Positions 31,681-42,299 of a DNA stretch of 64,000 nt are shown piece after piece. Origin of the DNA: Halobacteriales archaeon QS_1_68_20 (GTDB taxonomy: Archaea; Halobacteriota; Halobacteria; Halobacteriales; PXRE01); NCBI GenBank assembly GCA_003021085.1, contig PXRE01000026.1:66559-130558 (forward strand), given 5' to 3'. Positions within the stretch are counted from its first letter, which is position 1. Every line of letters starts with the position of its first letter. Under the pieces are notes generated by a model that ran no database searches, was not told the origin of the DNA, and worked only from the letters and a program-made list of their open reading frames with translations. The position numbers and the translations under genes are program-made.

Positions 31681-32256
31681 TCACCTGGCCTTGATCCGGT
31701 GGCAGTCCCGGCAGCGGGCCTCGTAGCTCTCCTCCGCGCCGACGAGGATGGTCGGGTCGTCGACGTGTGCGGGTTCGCCGTCGACCAGGCGCTGGGACAT
31801 CGTCGCGGGGTCGCCACACTCGACGCAGATGGCCTGCAGTTTGTCGACGTAGTCGGCGTGGGCCAGCAGGCTGGGGACCGGTTCGAACGGTTCGCCGGTG
31901 AACGTCTTGTCGAGGCCGCTGACCACGACCCGGCGGTCGTCCGCGGCGAGGTCCAGGCAGATCTCGACCAGTTCCGGCGAGAAGAAGTTCGCCTCGTCGA
32001 CGGCGACGACCTCCTCACCGTCGAGGTGGTCGTGGATGGCCCCGGCGTCGTCGACCACGGTCGCCTCCCACTCGCGGCCCGCGTGCGAGCCGACGACCGC
32101 CTGGCCGTAGCGGTCGTCGACGGCGGGCTTGAACGCGGCGACGTCCTGGCCCGCGATCTCGGCCCGGCGCATGCGTCGCAACAGCTCCTCGGTCTTCCCG
32201 GAGAACATGCTCCCCGTGATGACCTCGATCCACCCACTGTTCGTGATCGCGTGCAT
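31681..32256 (-). CDS. tdk: Thymidine kinase
   Basis: GSMFSGKTEEL, VDEANFF, SGLD, CVECG, YEARCRDC. Confidence 0.96.
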   Translation of the reverse strand: MHAITNSGWIEVITGSMFSGKTEELLRRMRRAEIAGQDVAAFKPAVDDRYGQAVVGSHAGREWEATVVDDAGAIHDHLDGEEVVAVDEANFFSPELVEICLDLAADDRRVVVSGLDKTFTGEPFEPVPSLLAHADYVDKLQAICVECGDPATMSQRLVDGEPAHVDDPTILVGAEESYEARCRDCHRIKAR

Positions 32257-32392
32257 CGCAACGAAAGGCACGGGCGACGGTCTTAGTCGTTGTCAATTTC
32301 GGCCCGCACGATCGGCCGATCCGGATCCACCTGGCGGTCAGTCGTCCCCCGAACGTACACCGAATCTGCTATATAGCGCATAACGAAGTTCG

Positions 32393-32632
32393 ATGCATGC
32401 TAGCTTCCCCCACATGGGGTTGCGCGGTAGACACCCCGGCATCGCCGCGTTCACTGTCGTCCGGGTGGCTGGGCTGGTCGCCTGGCTCACCCTCTGGGAG
32501 GGAGCGGTGTCCGTCGACGTCGCCGTCGCGGGGGTCGGCGTCCTGTGCTTCGAACACAACCTGGCGCTCGCGTTCACCTGCCGGCCGACCGAAGAATCCG
32601 AGGACGCTCCGGATGCGGCCGTCGCGCAGTGA
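32393..32632 (+). CDS. Small hypothetical membrane protein
   Basis: 79 aa, two hydrophobic segments, TATA-like sequence near 32370. Confidence 0.45.
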   Translation: MHASFPHMGLRGRHPGIAAFTVVRVAGLVAWLTLWEGAVSVDVAVAGVGVLCFEHNLALAFTCRPTEESEDAPDAAVAQ

Positions 32633-32679
32633 CCGACGCAGAGTCGATTACCCGGGGGGGCGACCGCGGGCCAACACCG

Positions 32680-32940
32680 TGCGAGGGATGAGCACCGGAC
32701 GGAGCCAGGAGAGCCTGCGGCTCTCCTGGCGGATGAGGAGCGCAATCGGCTGGGGAGGCGTGTGGTTGCGGCTCGCGGGGTGGGACTGAAAGGGGCCGCG
32801 GGCTCGACGACGCCCGGCGACGTAAGCACCGGAAGGAGCGGAGCGACTGGGGGGCGCAGCGAGCCGCGCAAGTCGAGCGCGCGGGGGCTTTCTACGTGTT
32901 GTCGGTGAACGCACCGAATACAGTGAGCGCGCGGGCTTAC
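32680..32940 (+). repeat. Dispersed modular palindromic element, copy 3
   Basis: GCGAGGGATGAGCACC, perfect hairpin 32704-32730, GGCTGGGGAGG, GGGACTGAAAGGGG; repeat units at 32875 and 32925. Confidence 0.9.
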
Positions 32941-32965
32941 CGTGCGCTACCGACCGAGAACCCGA

Positions 32966-33553
32966 TTAATCGACGGCCCCGACGTTCTCCTCGCCTTCGA
33001 ACGACATGGGATCGGGTTTGATGTTCGCGTACTCCACCGCGCGCTGGCCGAGCGTCCGCACGCGACGCTCCGTCGACTCGTCGACGAACTCGCCGTCCTC
33101 GAAGGCGCTCCCGGACCGCGGCACGGCCGCCTGGTGGGGGATGACCCAGGCGTCCAGCGCGCGGCAGACCGTCCGGAGGTGTTCCAGCGCGGTGATGGGG
33201 AAGCTCCCGCCCGCCACCGCGAGCAGGCCGACGGTCTTGTTCTCGAACTCGTCGAACCCGCAGTAGTCGATGGCGGTCTTCAGGACCGACGAGTACGACC
33301 CGTGGTACATCGGCGTCGCCAGGATGATCGAGTCCGCCCGGCGGATGCGCTCGCGCAACTCGGCGGCGTCGCCGACGTCCTCGTCGTCGGCGTCGAACAG
33401 CGGGAGATCGAGGTTCCGCAGGTCGATCAGGTCGGTGGTGACGTCCGCACCCCCGGCCTCGTCCAGGGCGTGCTCCAGCGCGATGCGCGAGGTGCTCTCC
33501 TCGCGGAGACTACCCGCGATGCCGACGACGTGGGTCGTCTGGTCGGTGGACAT
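32966..33553 (-). CDS. NADPH-dependent FMN reductase
   Basis: GSLREES, ATPMYHGSYSSVLKTAID; ATG 33553. Confidence 0.92.
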   Translation of the reverse strand: MSTDQTTHVVGIAGSLREESTSRIALEHALDEAGGADVTTDLIDLRNLDLPLFDADDEDVGDAAELRERIRRADSIILATPMYHGSYSSVLKTAIDYCGFDEFENKTVGLLAVAGGSFPITALEHLRTVCRALDAWVIPHQAAVPRSGSAFEDGEFVDESTERRVRTLGQRAVEYANIKPDPMSFEGEENVGAVD

Positions 33554-33817
33554 GCGCGACCCAACGCGATGGGGTCCAAAAAAGACCGGTGGCATCGGCG
33601 CGACGGTGTTCGAACGAACTCCCACGTGCGGACGACCACGGGGTCCCGGTGTCTCCCGACTATCGCTCGAACGTCGGCGATCACCGATTTCGTCGACACC
33701 GGCGGGGTGTCGCCGCGGATCGATCCACGCAGGCGTGAGTAGTTTTATGGTATTGGCCGTCTGACACGTGGTATCCCGGTCACAGCGCGGTGCGGTACAG
33801 TCCCGGGGCCGTCAGCC

Positions 33818-35410
33818 ATGTCCGAGTCACCACCCGACGATCCGACCGAGGATCGTACGTCCGACGCACTGAACAGACGGGAGGTGCTCCAGCTCACCGC
33901 GGCCGGTGGCGCCGCCGCGGTCGCGGGGTGCCAGACCGACGATTCGACGGATCCCGACGACGATAGTCCGACGGCGACGGCGACGCCGACCTCGACGCCA
34001 CCGCTAGGGGGAACGACCCCGATCTCACCGACGGGCCCGTCTCGGTGCGGGAACTCGCCCGACAGCTTGACTCCCGTCGCCCGCCGAACCGGTTGCGTGG
34101 GAACGGCCCACCGTGGTCCGACTGGCCCCAGGCGTCGGGCAAGGACATGGCTACCTTCCGCGGCCAGGAGTTCGTCCCCTATCCGGAGATCGCGGAGACA
34201 TACGCCTACGATCTCGGCATGATCAACCGGTTCGAACAGCCAGGCGGGGACGGTGTGGTCGTCGAGAAGACGACCCTCACCGAGAAGGGGATCCTGGAGT
34301 GCTACCGATTCGCGAATCCGAAGACGACGAGCGCCAGTCCCGACCCGTCCCGGTCGATCCGGGAGGTGATCGACCGTCACGAGGAGGGCATCACCCACCG
34401 GTGTCTCTGGATGAACACGAGGCTCGTCGGGACGTCGAGCGGCAACTTGTTTCGCGACAATAAGATCGGCGAGGTCCTCGGGGCGTCGGGCTACGACGTC
34501 CTCGGCTTCGCCGAGGTCGCCAAAGACAAATCCGCCGACGCAGTGCGTAAGAGCTACTCGAACACCTACGGCGATTCGAATCCGGATTCGAAGTACGGCC
34601 CTTCCCCCGGAGGGTACTGTTGCGGGCTGATGTCCATCGTGGGGGGACAAACACGGACGACGATCGATCGACTCCAGCGACACCGACTCGGATTACTACG
34701 ACGTGAACGTCGGCAGTGGCGAAAACGTGACGGACCCCAACGAGGGATGGCAGCGAGTCAAGGTCGACGTGGACCTGGACGGCGTTCCCGACGCCGCGTT
34801 CGACCTGTTTCTGACCCACCTGGACGCCACCACCAAGCTGAAAGGCAAGAAGAGGCGCGACAAGGACCGCACGCGACGGCGCAAGCAAATCGACAAACTC
34901 GTCGACCGGATCGAAGCGCGACAGAACGCCGAGGGGGCGTTGCCGAAGGTGGTGATGGGGGACATGAACATCTGGTCGACCAAGTTGTTCGAGAACGACG
35001 ATCTTGCTGCCTACGAGACGCTCCTGCGGCAGATGGACTCCGTGGGGATGCAGTCGGCCTGGGAGACCTACGGCGGCCCGGCGAACGGCAAGAACGAATG
35101 TGAGGTCCTCGACCGCACGCCACGACTCGACGGGCACCAGGACTGTCGGGCCACCTGTCACTGCGACCCGTTCCACGAGGGCGATGTCGGTGATGGCTGG
35201 CTCGATTACGTGTTCATCGAGGCGCCACGCGACCATCACGCGATCAATCTGGACATCTCCCGGATGTGGCAAGTCCCGACGAACGTGAAGGAGTGCGACT
35301 GCCTCGCCGACAGGGTGGCCCAGAACAAGATGAACAAGACCGTCGACGACGGTCCGTACCTCACCGACCACGCCGGCCTGGGCTTCGAACTGCTGACGTC
35401 GCCGAAGTGA
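33818..35410 (+). pseudogene. Tat lipoprotein of the endonuclease/exonuclease/phosphatase (EEP) family with two frameshifts
   Basis: NRREVL...AVAGC lipobox; WMNT, DVLGFAEV, THLD, GDMN, LDYVF and TDH across three frames; shifts near 34000 and 34665. Confidence 0.85.
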
Positions 35411-35532
35411 GCTACGTCCCGCAGGAGGCCACTACCGAGAGCCCCACCCTCTCCCGGTTCGCCCGTCCCTGTCGGCGACCCAATGTTTTACATCGCTGGG
35501 CGGCCCCACCACGTCTAACGGACGGTCGACAG

Positions 35533-35727
35533 ATGAAACTCGAGATCGAAATCCCGGACAAGTACGGCGACAAGCTATCGGACCTCGAAGAGGTCGAACC
35601 CACCATCCGCGACCAGATCGAAGTGGAGGTACTCCCGGAGGTCCTCCGGATCATCAACGACGGCCACCGCCAGCTCCAGGAGAACGCCGACCAGTTCGCG
35701 CCCGACGTGGGCGAACGCGAGAACTGA
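35533..35727 (+). CDS. Small acidic hypothetical protein
   Basis: MKLEIEIPDKYGDKLSDLEEVEP..., 64 aa, TATA-like TTTACA upstream. Confidence 0.65.
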   Translation: MKLEIEIPDKYGDKLSDLEEVEPTIRDQIEVEVLPEVLRIINDGHRQLQENADQFAPDVGEREN

Positions 35728-35815
35728 GTCCTGTTACCCTCTACCGAGGTCACGGTGGGAGCCGGTTCCTCGTGCTCGCCGTGAGTCTGCCTTGATTCGG
35801 GTCCTTCGTGGCGGA

Positions 35816-36757
35816 TCAGCGTCGCAGACGGACGACGGTGGTCTCGGTCCGTTCTTCCAGCTCGACTAACCCGTCGTCGGCCAGGTCGGCCGCCAGCCCC
35901 CGCAACCAGTCCCGGCCGTACTCGCCGTCGGGCGTATAGTCCACTCGCACGCGCGGGCCGAGGTCGTCCAGCGCCAGTTCGTCGTCCTCCTTCAGCGCCC
36001 GGACGACCCGCCCGCGCATCTGCCGGCGACTCCCCTCGAACTCCGGCTGGGTCGGCACGTCGGGCGCGGTAAAGTCGCCGCTCTCGTAGGCGGAACACCA
36101 CTCCCGCCAGGGACACCCCGCCGAGTCGCACTTGGGGGACTGCTCGCAGGCTACCCCACCGAGTTCCATGATGGCGTTGTTCCAGACCCGCGACTCCCCC
36201 TCTGGCATCAGCGCGGCCGCGACTGCCTCGAAGGCCGCGTCGTCGTCCGGCACGTCGAACGCGCGGTAGAGCACCCGCTTGACGTTCGTGTCGACCACCG
36301 CGTCGCCGTCGTTGAACGCGAACGAGGCCACCGCGTTGGCGGTGTAGGGGCCGACGCCCATCAGTTCCTCCAGGCCGTCCGGCGTCTGGGGGAACTCGCC
36401 GTCCGCTTCGGCGGTTTCACCGCCTCCGCGAGGTCGGTCCGGAGGACCGACCTCGAGGTACTTCGCGCGGTTGTTGTAGCCCAGGCGGTGGTCCGTCCAG
36501 AACCCCACCACGTCCGCGCGGTCGGCGGCCGCGAGGTCCTCGACGGTCGGCCACCGGTCGAGGAACGCCTCCCAGGCCTCGACGACCCTGCCGAGCTGGG
36601 TCTGCTGGCTCATCACCTCAGAGACGAGAATCTCGTAGGGGTCGTCGGTCCGCCGCCAGGGGAACTCGCGGTGGTCGTCCTCGTACCACGCGACCAGCGC
36701 CTCCCGGACCGCCTCGACGTCGCCGGGCAGGTACTCCGCCGGTTCGGCGTCGGCCAT
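35816..36757 (-). CDS. mutY: A/G-specific adenine glycosylase (HhH-GPD, Fe-S) with a palindromic segment at 36410-36455
   Basis: PWR, VSEVMSQQT, LGYNNRAKYL, GVGPYTA, VVDTNVKRV, four-Cys cluster. Confidence 0.9.
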   Translation of the reverse strand: MADAEPAEYLPGDVEAVREALVAWYEDDHREFPWRRTDDPYEILVSEVMSQQTQLGRVVEAWEAFLDRWPTVEDLAAADRADVVGFWTDHRLGYNNRAKYLEVGPPDRPRGGGETAEADGEFPQTPDGLEELMGVGPYTANAVASFAFNDGDAVVDTNVKRVLYRAFDVPDDDAAFEAVAAALMPEGESRVWNNAIMELGGVACEQSPKCDSAGCPWREWCSAYESGDFTAPDVPTQPEFEGSRRQMRGRVVRALKEDDELALDDLGPRVRVDYTPDGEYGRDWLRGLAADLADDGLVELEERTETTVVRLRR

Positions 36758-36875
36758 CGCGGCGGGGTTGTGCGCCGGGCGGCTTACCTCTGGCGGTTGC
36801 AGGGAACCCGTGGAGTCGACTCCCGGGCAGTGGGGACTCGTAACGGGTTTCCGGCTCCCACGCAAACGAGGGGGC

Positions 36876-37217
36876 ATGACCCTCGACGACCTCACCGACG
36901 ACGTGACCGACGCCTACGGTGACCTGGGCGAGGAACTGACGGTCGACCTCGACCGCGAGACGAGGAACGAACTGGCGATGCTGGTCGCCGCCATGGAACC
37001 GGACGACCCGGAGGAACTGCTCCGGCGGGGCGTCCACATGCTGTTCCAGACCGCCGTCGAGACCGGCACCATGGACTTCCACCTCCGGAACGCCTACGAC
37101 GTCACCTACGACGAGTACCTCTCGGGGATGACCTACGACGAGATGACAGGTGGCGGCGAGTTCACCGGGACGGGCACCGGCGCCGCGACGGACGACGACC
37201 GCCGGTACCAGTTCTGA
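36876..37217 (+). CDS. Conserved haloarchaeal hypothetical protein
   Basis: LDRETRNELAML...DFHLR...TYDEYLSGMTYDEM. Confidence 0.75.
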   Translation: MTLDDLTDDVTDAYGDLGEELTVDLDRETRNELAMLVAAMEPDDPEELLRRGVHMLFQTAVETGTMDFHLRNAYDVTYDEYLSGMTYDEMTGGGEFTGTGTGAATDDDRRYQF

Positions 37218-37259
37218 GGGGTCGGCGCCGAGCGTCGACGGCCGCCCTGGTTTACCGAC

Positions 37260-38591
37260 TCACTCGACGCTCCGGACCGCCTCGACCAGCAAACTGGCAC
37301 CGATGTCGATCTCCCGCTCGGTGACGTCCATCGGCGGGAGCAACCGCAGGGTCTTGTACCCACACCCCAGCGTCAGCAGGCCGCGCTCCAGGCAGGCCTC
37401 GATGACCGCCTCGCGGCGGTCCTTCGTGTCGAACTCGACGGCGAACATCAGGCCGCGCCCGCGCACGTCGACGACGGAGTCGAGGTCGGCGTCGGTGACG
37501 TGTTCGCGGAGTTGTCGTCCACGGGCGACGGCGTCGTCCATTAGGTCGTGTTCCTCGATGGCGTCGAGGGTGAGCGCACCGTACATCGAGTCCAGCACCG
37601 CGCCGGCGCCCCACGTCGAGGAGATGCGGCCCTTCTCGTCGGGGAACAGGTCCTGGCTGGCGATGGTGGCACCCACGCGCAAGCCCTTCGCGGCGGAGAT
37701 GACGTCCGGTTCGACGGGCGTGTGGTCGACGGCCCACATCTCGCCGGTGCGGCCCAGGCCCGCCTGGATCTCGTCGGCCACGACGTGGACGTCGTACTCG
37801 TCCTGGATGGCCGCTATGTCCCGGACGAACTCGTCGCTGGGGGTCCGGTAGCCGCCCTCGCCCTGGATGGGTTCGAGGATCAGGTAGGCGATCTCGTCGG
37901 GGTCGATCACGCCCTGGTCGGGGTGGAGTCTGTCCTCGATGGCGTTGCCGCCGGGGCCGTCGGTCTTCCAGCCGCAGGTGCACTCGCCCGCACAGGAGCA
38001 GTAGGGGACGCTCACGACGCCCGGAACCTCGGGGTAGCCCTTCCGGTGGACGGTCTTGCTCCGGTTCAGCGACAGCACCCCGAGGGTCCGGCCGTGGAAG
38101 GCGCCGTCGAAGGTGAACGCGCGGTGGCCGCCGTCGGCGTAGCAGATCTTGATCCCGTTCTCGACGGCTTCGGCACCCGAGTTCGACAGGAAGACCCGGT
38201 CCATCCCGTAGTGACTGGTCAGTTCCGTGAGCCGGTCCATCAGGTGCGCCGGGCCCGGGAGGTCGGGGTCGGCAGCGGTGCCGCCGGTGCCGACGTAGAA
38301 GTCCTGGCCGGCGATCTTCAGGGGGTCGACGAGGTCGAACTCGCGTGCCCGTTCCATGATCTTGGGGTTGTTGTACCCCAGCGGCGCGGCGGCGACGTGA
38401 CTCGTGAAATCCAGCAGGACGTTGTCGTCGACGTCGGTGCAAAAGGGCCCCTCGGCCTCCCCGGTCAGGTCCCACACGAAGTCGTAGACGTAGGTACTCC
38501 TCGCGGCTCGGTTCCCGTGGTACTCGGCCCACTCTCGGGCGCGGTCGCCTGGCATCGACCGCACCGAGGGCTCAACCGTGTCCCGGTCCAT
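37260..38591 (-). CDS. Class III PLP aminotransferase (GabT/ArgD-like)
   Basis: NSGAEAVE, FHGRT, EPIQGEGG, DEIQAGLGRTG, AKG. Confidence 0.94.
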   Translation of the reverse strand: MDRDTVEPSVRSMPGDRAREWAEYHGNRAARSTYVYDFVWDLTGEAEGPFCTDVDDNVLLDFTSHVAAAPLGYNNPKIMERAREFDLVDPLKIAGQDFYVGTGGTAADPDLPGPAHLMDRLTELTSHYGMDRVFLSNSGAEAVENGIKICYADGGHRAFTFDGAFHGRTLGVLSLNRSKTVHRKGYPEVPGVVSVPYCSCAGECTCGWKTDGPGGNAIEDRLHPDQGVIDPDEIAYLILEPIQGEGGYRTPSDEFVRDIAAIQDEYDVHVVADEIQAGLGRTGEMWAVDHTPVEPDVISAAKGLRVGATIASQDLFPDEKGRISSTWGAGAVLDSMYGALTLDAIEEHDLMDDAVARGRQLREHVTDADLDSVVDVRGRGLMFAVEFDTKDRREAVIEACLERGLLTLGCGYKTLRLLPPMDVTEREIDIGASLLVEAVRSVE

Positions 38592-38646
38592 GGACCGGCG
38601 TACGACGACCCCTATGATAAGGAATTCGTTATGACTGCGGCGAGTT

Positions 38647-39924
38647 TTACAGGAGCAAGACCGCCGTCGGTGCCGCGGCGACGCCCAGCAACACGGCGCT
38701 CCAGACGAGGACCCGTCGGGAGAACTCCTGGTTGGACGACGTGCCCGACAGCACCGCCTTCACCGCGATGCTCGCCCCGGTCGCCACCATCACGGTCACG
38801 ACCGCCACCTCGGGCGTGATGGCGCCGTCGCGGTAGAGGACGACGGCCGACGTGGTCGCGCCGGCGCTGGAGACCAGTCCGGCCAGCGCGGCGGTGATGT
38901 ACAGGCCCGTCTCGCCGACCCCGGCCTGGGCGAACCCGCCGGCGAGCACGATCACCAGGAAGACGGCACCGAACCCGAGGGCGTTCTGCATCGAGAACGG
39001 ACTCTCCAGGTCCATGTCGACGTTCTCGCGCCAGTCGGCGGTCACGGCCGCGATGGCGATGCTGGCGAGGACGACGGCGACCAGCGGCATGACGACGTCC
39101 CAGAGCACTTCCTGGGAGGCAGTGAACAGCACTGCGATGGCGAGGTTGCGAACCGCCATGGCGGCGTCGGCCAGCAGGATGGCCGCGACCGCGTAGGAGG
39201 CGGCCTTCGGGCGCTGGGCGACGTGGTCCAGCATCGTTCCGACGACGGCCGTTGAGGACGCCAGCCCCCCGAAGAAGCCGGTGGCGGCGATGCCGCGTCC
39301 CCCGTAGGTCGTGACCACCGCGTAGTTGACGATGCCGACGCCCGCCACGAAGACGACCATCAGCCAGACGACCTGCGGTTCGACGGTCAGCGACCATTCG
39401 CCCAGCGAGAGGTCGTACTTCGCCGGCAACAGCGGGTAGATGACGAACGCCAGGATGGCGAACTCCGCCGCCGACCGCAACTCGTTGCGGCTCAATCCCC
39501 AGGCGAAACTGTGGAGTTCCCGCTTGAGCACGAGCAACAGCGACGACAGCACCGCGACGGTCACGCCCTCCAGTATCTGTCCCGCGGCGACGAGCACGCC
39601 GACCCCGTAGGTGACGAGCATCGACACCGACGTGGTCAGGCGCAGTCCTTCTTCTTCTTCCTCCTCCGCCAGCAGTCCCTGGACGGCCAGCAACACCCCC
39701 TGGACGATGACGAGCAGGCCACCGATGACCAGCAGCGACTCCACCTCCAGTAGCGTGAACACGGCCCCGAGCAGGCTGACGAGCGCGAACGTCCGGATGC
39801 CCGCCGACTTGTGTGACCACTCCCGCTCCAGGCCGAGGAACATCCCCAGTGCGGCCGCCAGTCCGAGACGGAGCACTGGTGACTCGAGCAACGGCCCGGA
39901 CGACGTCTGCGCGACCTCGTACAC
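38647..39924 (-). CDS. MgtC/SapB family membrane protein (DUF4010)
   Basis: LGLERE...AGIRTF, LTTSVS, GGLASSTA; probable GTG start at 39924. Confidence 0.88.
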   Translation of the reverse strand: MYEVAQTSSGPLLESPVLRLGLAAALGMFLGLEREWSHKSAGIRTFALVSLLGAVFTLLEVESLLVIGGLLVIVQGVLLAVQGLLAEEEEEEGLRLTTSVSMLVTYGVGVLVAAGQILEGVTVAVLSSLLLVLKRELHSFAWGLSRNELRSAAEFAILAFVIYPLLPAKYDLSLGEWSLTVEPQVVWLMVVFVAGVGIVNYAVVTTYGGRGIAATGFFGGLASSTAVVGTMLDHVAQRPKAASYAVAAILLADAAMAVRNLAIAVLFTASQEVLWDVVMPLVAVVLASIAIAAVTADWRENVDMDLESPFSMQNALGFGAVFLVIVLAGGFAQAGVGETGLYITAALAGLVSSAGATTSAVVLYRDGAITPEVAVVTVMVATGASIAVKAVLSGTSSNQEFSRRVLVWSAVLLGVAAAPTAVLLL

Positions 39925-40046
39925 CCACGGTCCTTCGGGCCTCCCGGTCTTAAAAACAACGTCGTCCGTTCGGTCGGTTTGACGGTCGGGCCGGTCCCCG
40001 TATCTGCCGCGACGGTTTTTTACAGCCCCGCCGCGGGGGTTCGGAC

Positions 40047-41096
40047 ATGGGAGAACGGCTAGGCTCGCGCCGTTCGCGGGCGGCGTGGTGGACGTTCGGC
40101 GCCGTCCTCGGACTCGTGGTGCTGTTCGTCGTGTTCGAGTTCCTGGGGACGTTCGTCTTCGGGGTATTCCTGTACTACGCGACCCGGCCGGTCGCGGAAC
40201 TCCGGGACCTCTCGGAGACGGTCGACCTGGGGCCGCTGGCGGACCTCGTCGGGGAGTACCCGGACCTTTCGGGCATCGCCGCCAGCCCCGGGGAGCTGAT
40301 ACAGAACGGCGGCGCGGACGTCGTCCTGGGCATCGCGAGTTCTGCGACGGGTTTCCTGGGCCTGTTCGGCCTGTTCGCGCTGCACCTGTTCGTGATGTTC
40401 GCGGTCGCATTCTACCTGCTCCGGGACGACCACCGCCTCTCGTCGTGGATCGGGACGAACCTCAGCGACGACCCCGGCGTCCTCGACGCCTACCTCGACG
40501 CCGTCGACGAGGACCTCCACAGCATCTTCTTCGGGAACATCCTCAACGCCGCCATCACGGGAACCATCGGCGCGATCACGTACAGTCTTCTCAACCTGTT
40601 CGCTTCGCCCGGCCTGTCGGTTCCGTACGCCGTGCTGGTCGGCCTGCTGACGGGCGTCGCCAGCCTGATCCCCATCGTCGGCATGAAACTGGTGTACGTT
40701 CCCGTGAGCGTGTACCTGTTCGCGCGACTCATCCCGGACCTGGTCCTGCGGCCCTACATCTCCGGGCGGAACCTCCACGTCGGCATGGTGATGATGGCGT
40801 ACGTGCTCGGGCCCCTGCTGTTCGGGTGGTACGGCATCTTCCTCGCGCCGCTGTTGCTGGTGCTGGCGTTCCACTTCGCCCGGATCATCTTGCCGGAACT
40901 CGTGGCCGGCGACCCGATCACGCCGGGCGTGACCGGCAGACCGACGGTAGAGGCCGGCCCCGACGGACCGGCCGGTGCGACGGTCGCCGACGCCGGCACC
41001 GGGGAGCCAGCGGACGGCACCACGACCGACGGCGGGGGCGACGACCCGGCGAACGAGGACGGCGAATCGGCCGAGGACGCCAGCGACGGTGAGTGA
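40047..41096 (+). CDS. AI-2E family transporter with apparent in-frame deletions near 40193 and 40728
   Basis: FYLLRD, SLIPIVG, LRPYISG, GPLLFGWYGIFLAP; TM segments appear missing after YYATRPV and YLFAR. Confidence 0.8.
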   Translation: MGERLGSRRSRAAWWTFGAVLGLVVLFVVFEFLGTFVFGVFLYYATRPVAELRDLSETVDLGPLADLVGEYPDLSGIAASPGELIQNGGADVVLGIASSATGFLGLFGLFALHLFVMFAVAFYLLRDDHRLSSWIGTNLSDDPGVLDAYLDAVDEDLHSIFFGNILNAAITGTIGAITYSLLNLFASPGLSVPYAVLVGLLTGVASLIPIVGMKLVYVPVSVYLFARLIPDLVLRPYISGRNLHVGMVMMAYVLGPLLFGWYGIFLAPLLLVLAFHFARIILPELVAGDPITPGVTGRPTVEAGPDGPAGATVADAGTGEPADGTTTDGGGDDPANEDGESAEDASDGE

Positions 41097-41161
41097 GCGG
41101 GCACGGACCAGTAGCTGACCGGAGGCCCACGGGAGTAGCTACGGGGCGGCTGATCTGGCGA

Positions 41162-41437
41162 CTACGCGTCGACGTACTGGCCTTCCCAGTCGCGGCGAGC
41201 GTTGATCTCGCGGTCTCCACGCCGGGTCAGCGTGTAGTAGTTGGTCCGGCGGTCACGCTGGCCTTTCTCGACCAGCCCCTTGTCGACGAGCGTATCCAGG
41301 TTCGGGTACAGACGACCGTGATGAATCTCTTTCTCGTAATAATCCTCCAACTCTTCCTTGATCGCAAGACCGTGGGGTTCCTCCTTACCAGCGATGACGT
41401 ATAGCAAGTCTCGCTGAAATCCTGTCAAGTCGTACAT
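41162..41437 (-). CDS. PadR-family transcriptional regulator
   Basis: MYDLTGFQRDLL, HGLAIK, HGRLYPNLDTL, DRRTNYY. Confidence 0.93.
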   Translation of the reverse strand: MYDLTGFQRDLLYVIAGKEEPHGLAIKEELEDYYEKEIHHGRLYPNLDTLVDKGLVEKGQRDRRTNYYTLTRRGDREINARRDWEGQYVDA

Positions 41438-42048
41438 TGGGAACGTCCACGGAATACTTTGTGTCGGCTCGAAATAAATTTGATGGAACGATCTTGCGAT
41501 CCTGGCGCAAAACGCCACCGGACGTGGCGATATCGAGATATACGAATTGGTAATCAGATTGGTATTCGACGACACCGGGTCCATTCATTCTACATTCATA
41601 TATTTTTTCGTATGAACGTTCATGCTCTATCAACCGAATTAACACCGATTCGAAGCGGTCGCCCGTTACCCGGATCCATCCGCTGAACCGTTTCGCTCGA
41701 CGGTGGTACCCGACGCTGTAGTGGCCTGGCCGGCGCCGCTCCGGCTGTTCCAGTCCGTGGACGGTGTAGGTGATGCCGCTGGTCGTAGTCGTCAGGTACG
41801 CCACACACTGCTGGGCGAAGTACCGATCACGTGGAGACGTGGCGACCGCTCACGGGTCGATGCCAAAAGGAAGCGATGATACGCGGGAAGATCCCGCGTA
41901 ATCGCTTGCCGCCCTGATTTGGTCCCCGCTGACGCTTCGGCCCTCCAAGCGAAGCGTCACCTGAATAGTCAGGAGGAAGGAACTTAATAGTTTCGGCAGT
42001 CGGCGGTGGAGCGGGTCGGCCGGACCGCGAACGACCCTGGCGGCCGGT

Positions 42049-42195
42049 CTAGATGTACTCCTCTTCGAGGACCCAGCCGAGTGCTCGCTTGTAGTAGGTG
42101 AACATCTGTCGGACGCCCTCGTGGCGCATCTCGTCGCTTTCCAGTTGCTCTGCGAGGAACTCGTACTGCTCGCGGATCTCCTCCTCCGATCGCAT
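42049..42195 (-). CDS. Small hypothetical protein (48 aa)
   Basis: Manual translation MRSEEEIREQYEFLAEQLESDEMRHEGVRQMFTYYKRALGWVLEEEYI; below the track cutoff. Confidence 0.7.
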   Translation of the reverse strand: MRSEEEIREQYEFLAEQLESDEMRHEGVRQMFTYYKRALGWVLEEEYI

Positions 42196-42299
42196 GGGGC
42201 CGACTACGGACGCCCCACCCAAAAGGGCACTCCCGCGCGTGGCGACAGGAAGTGGCCTGTCGTCGACACCCGGGACGTTCGCCGCCGTCGCCGACGTAC

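Noticed and set aside
41385..41804. 139-aa ORF upstream of padR
   Set aside because: Atypical composition; it crosses the AT-rich padR promoter and overlaps the padR start, so it is at most a small remnant.
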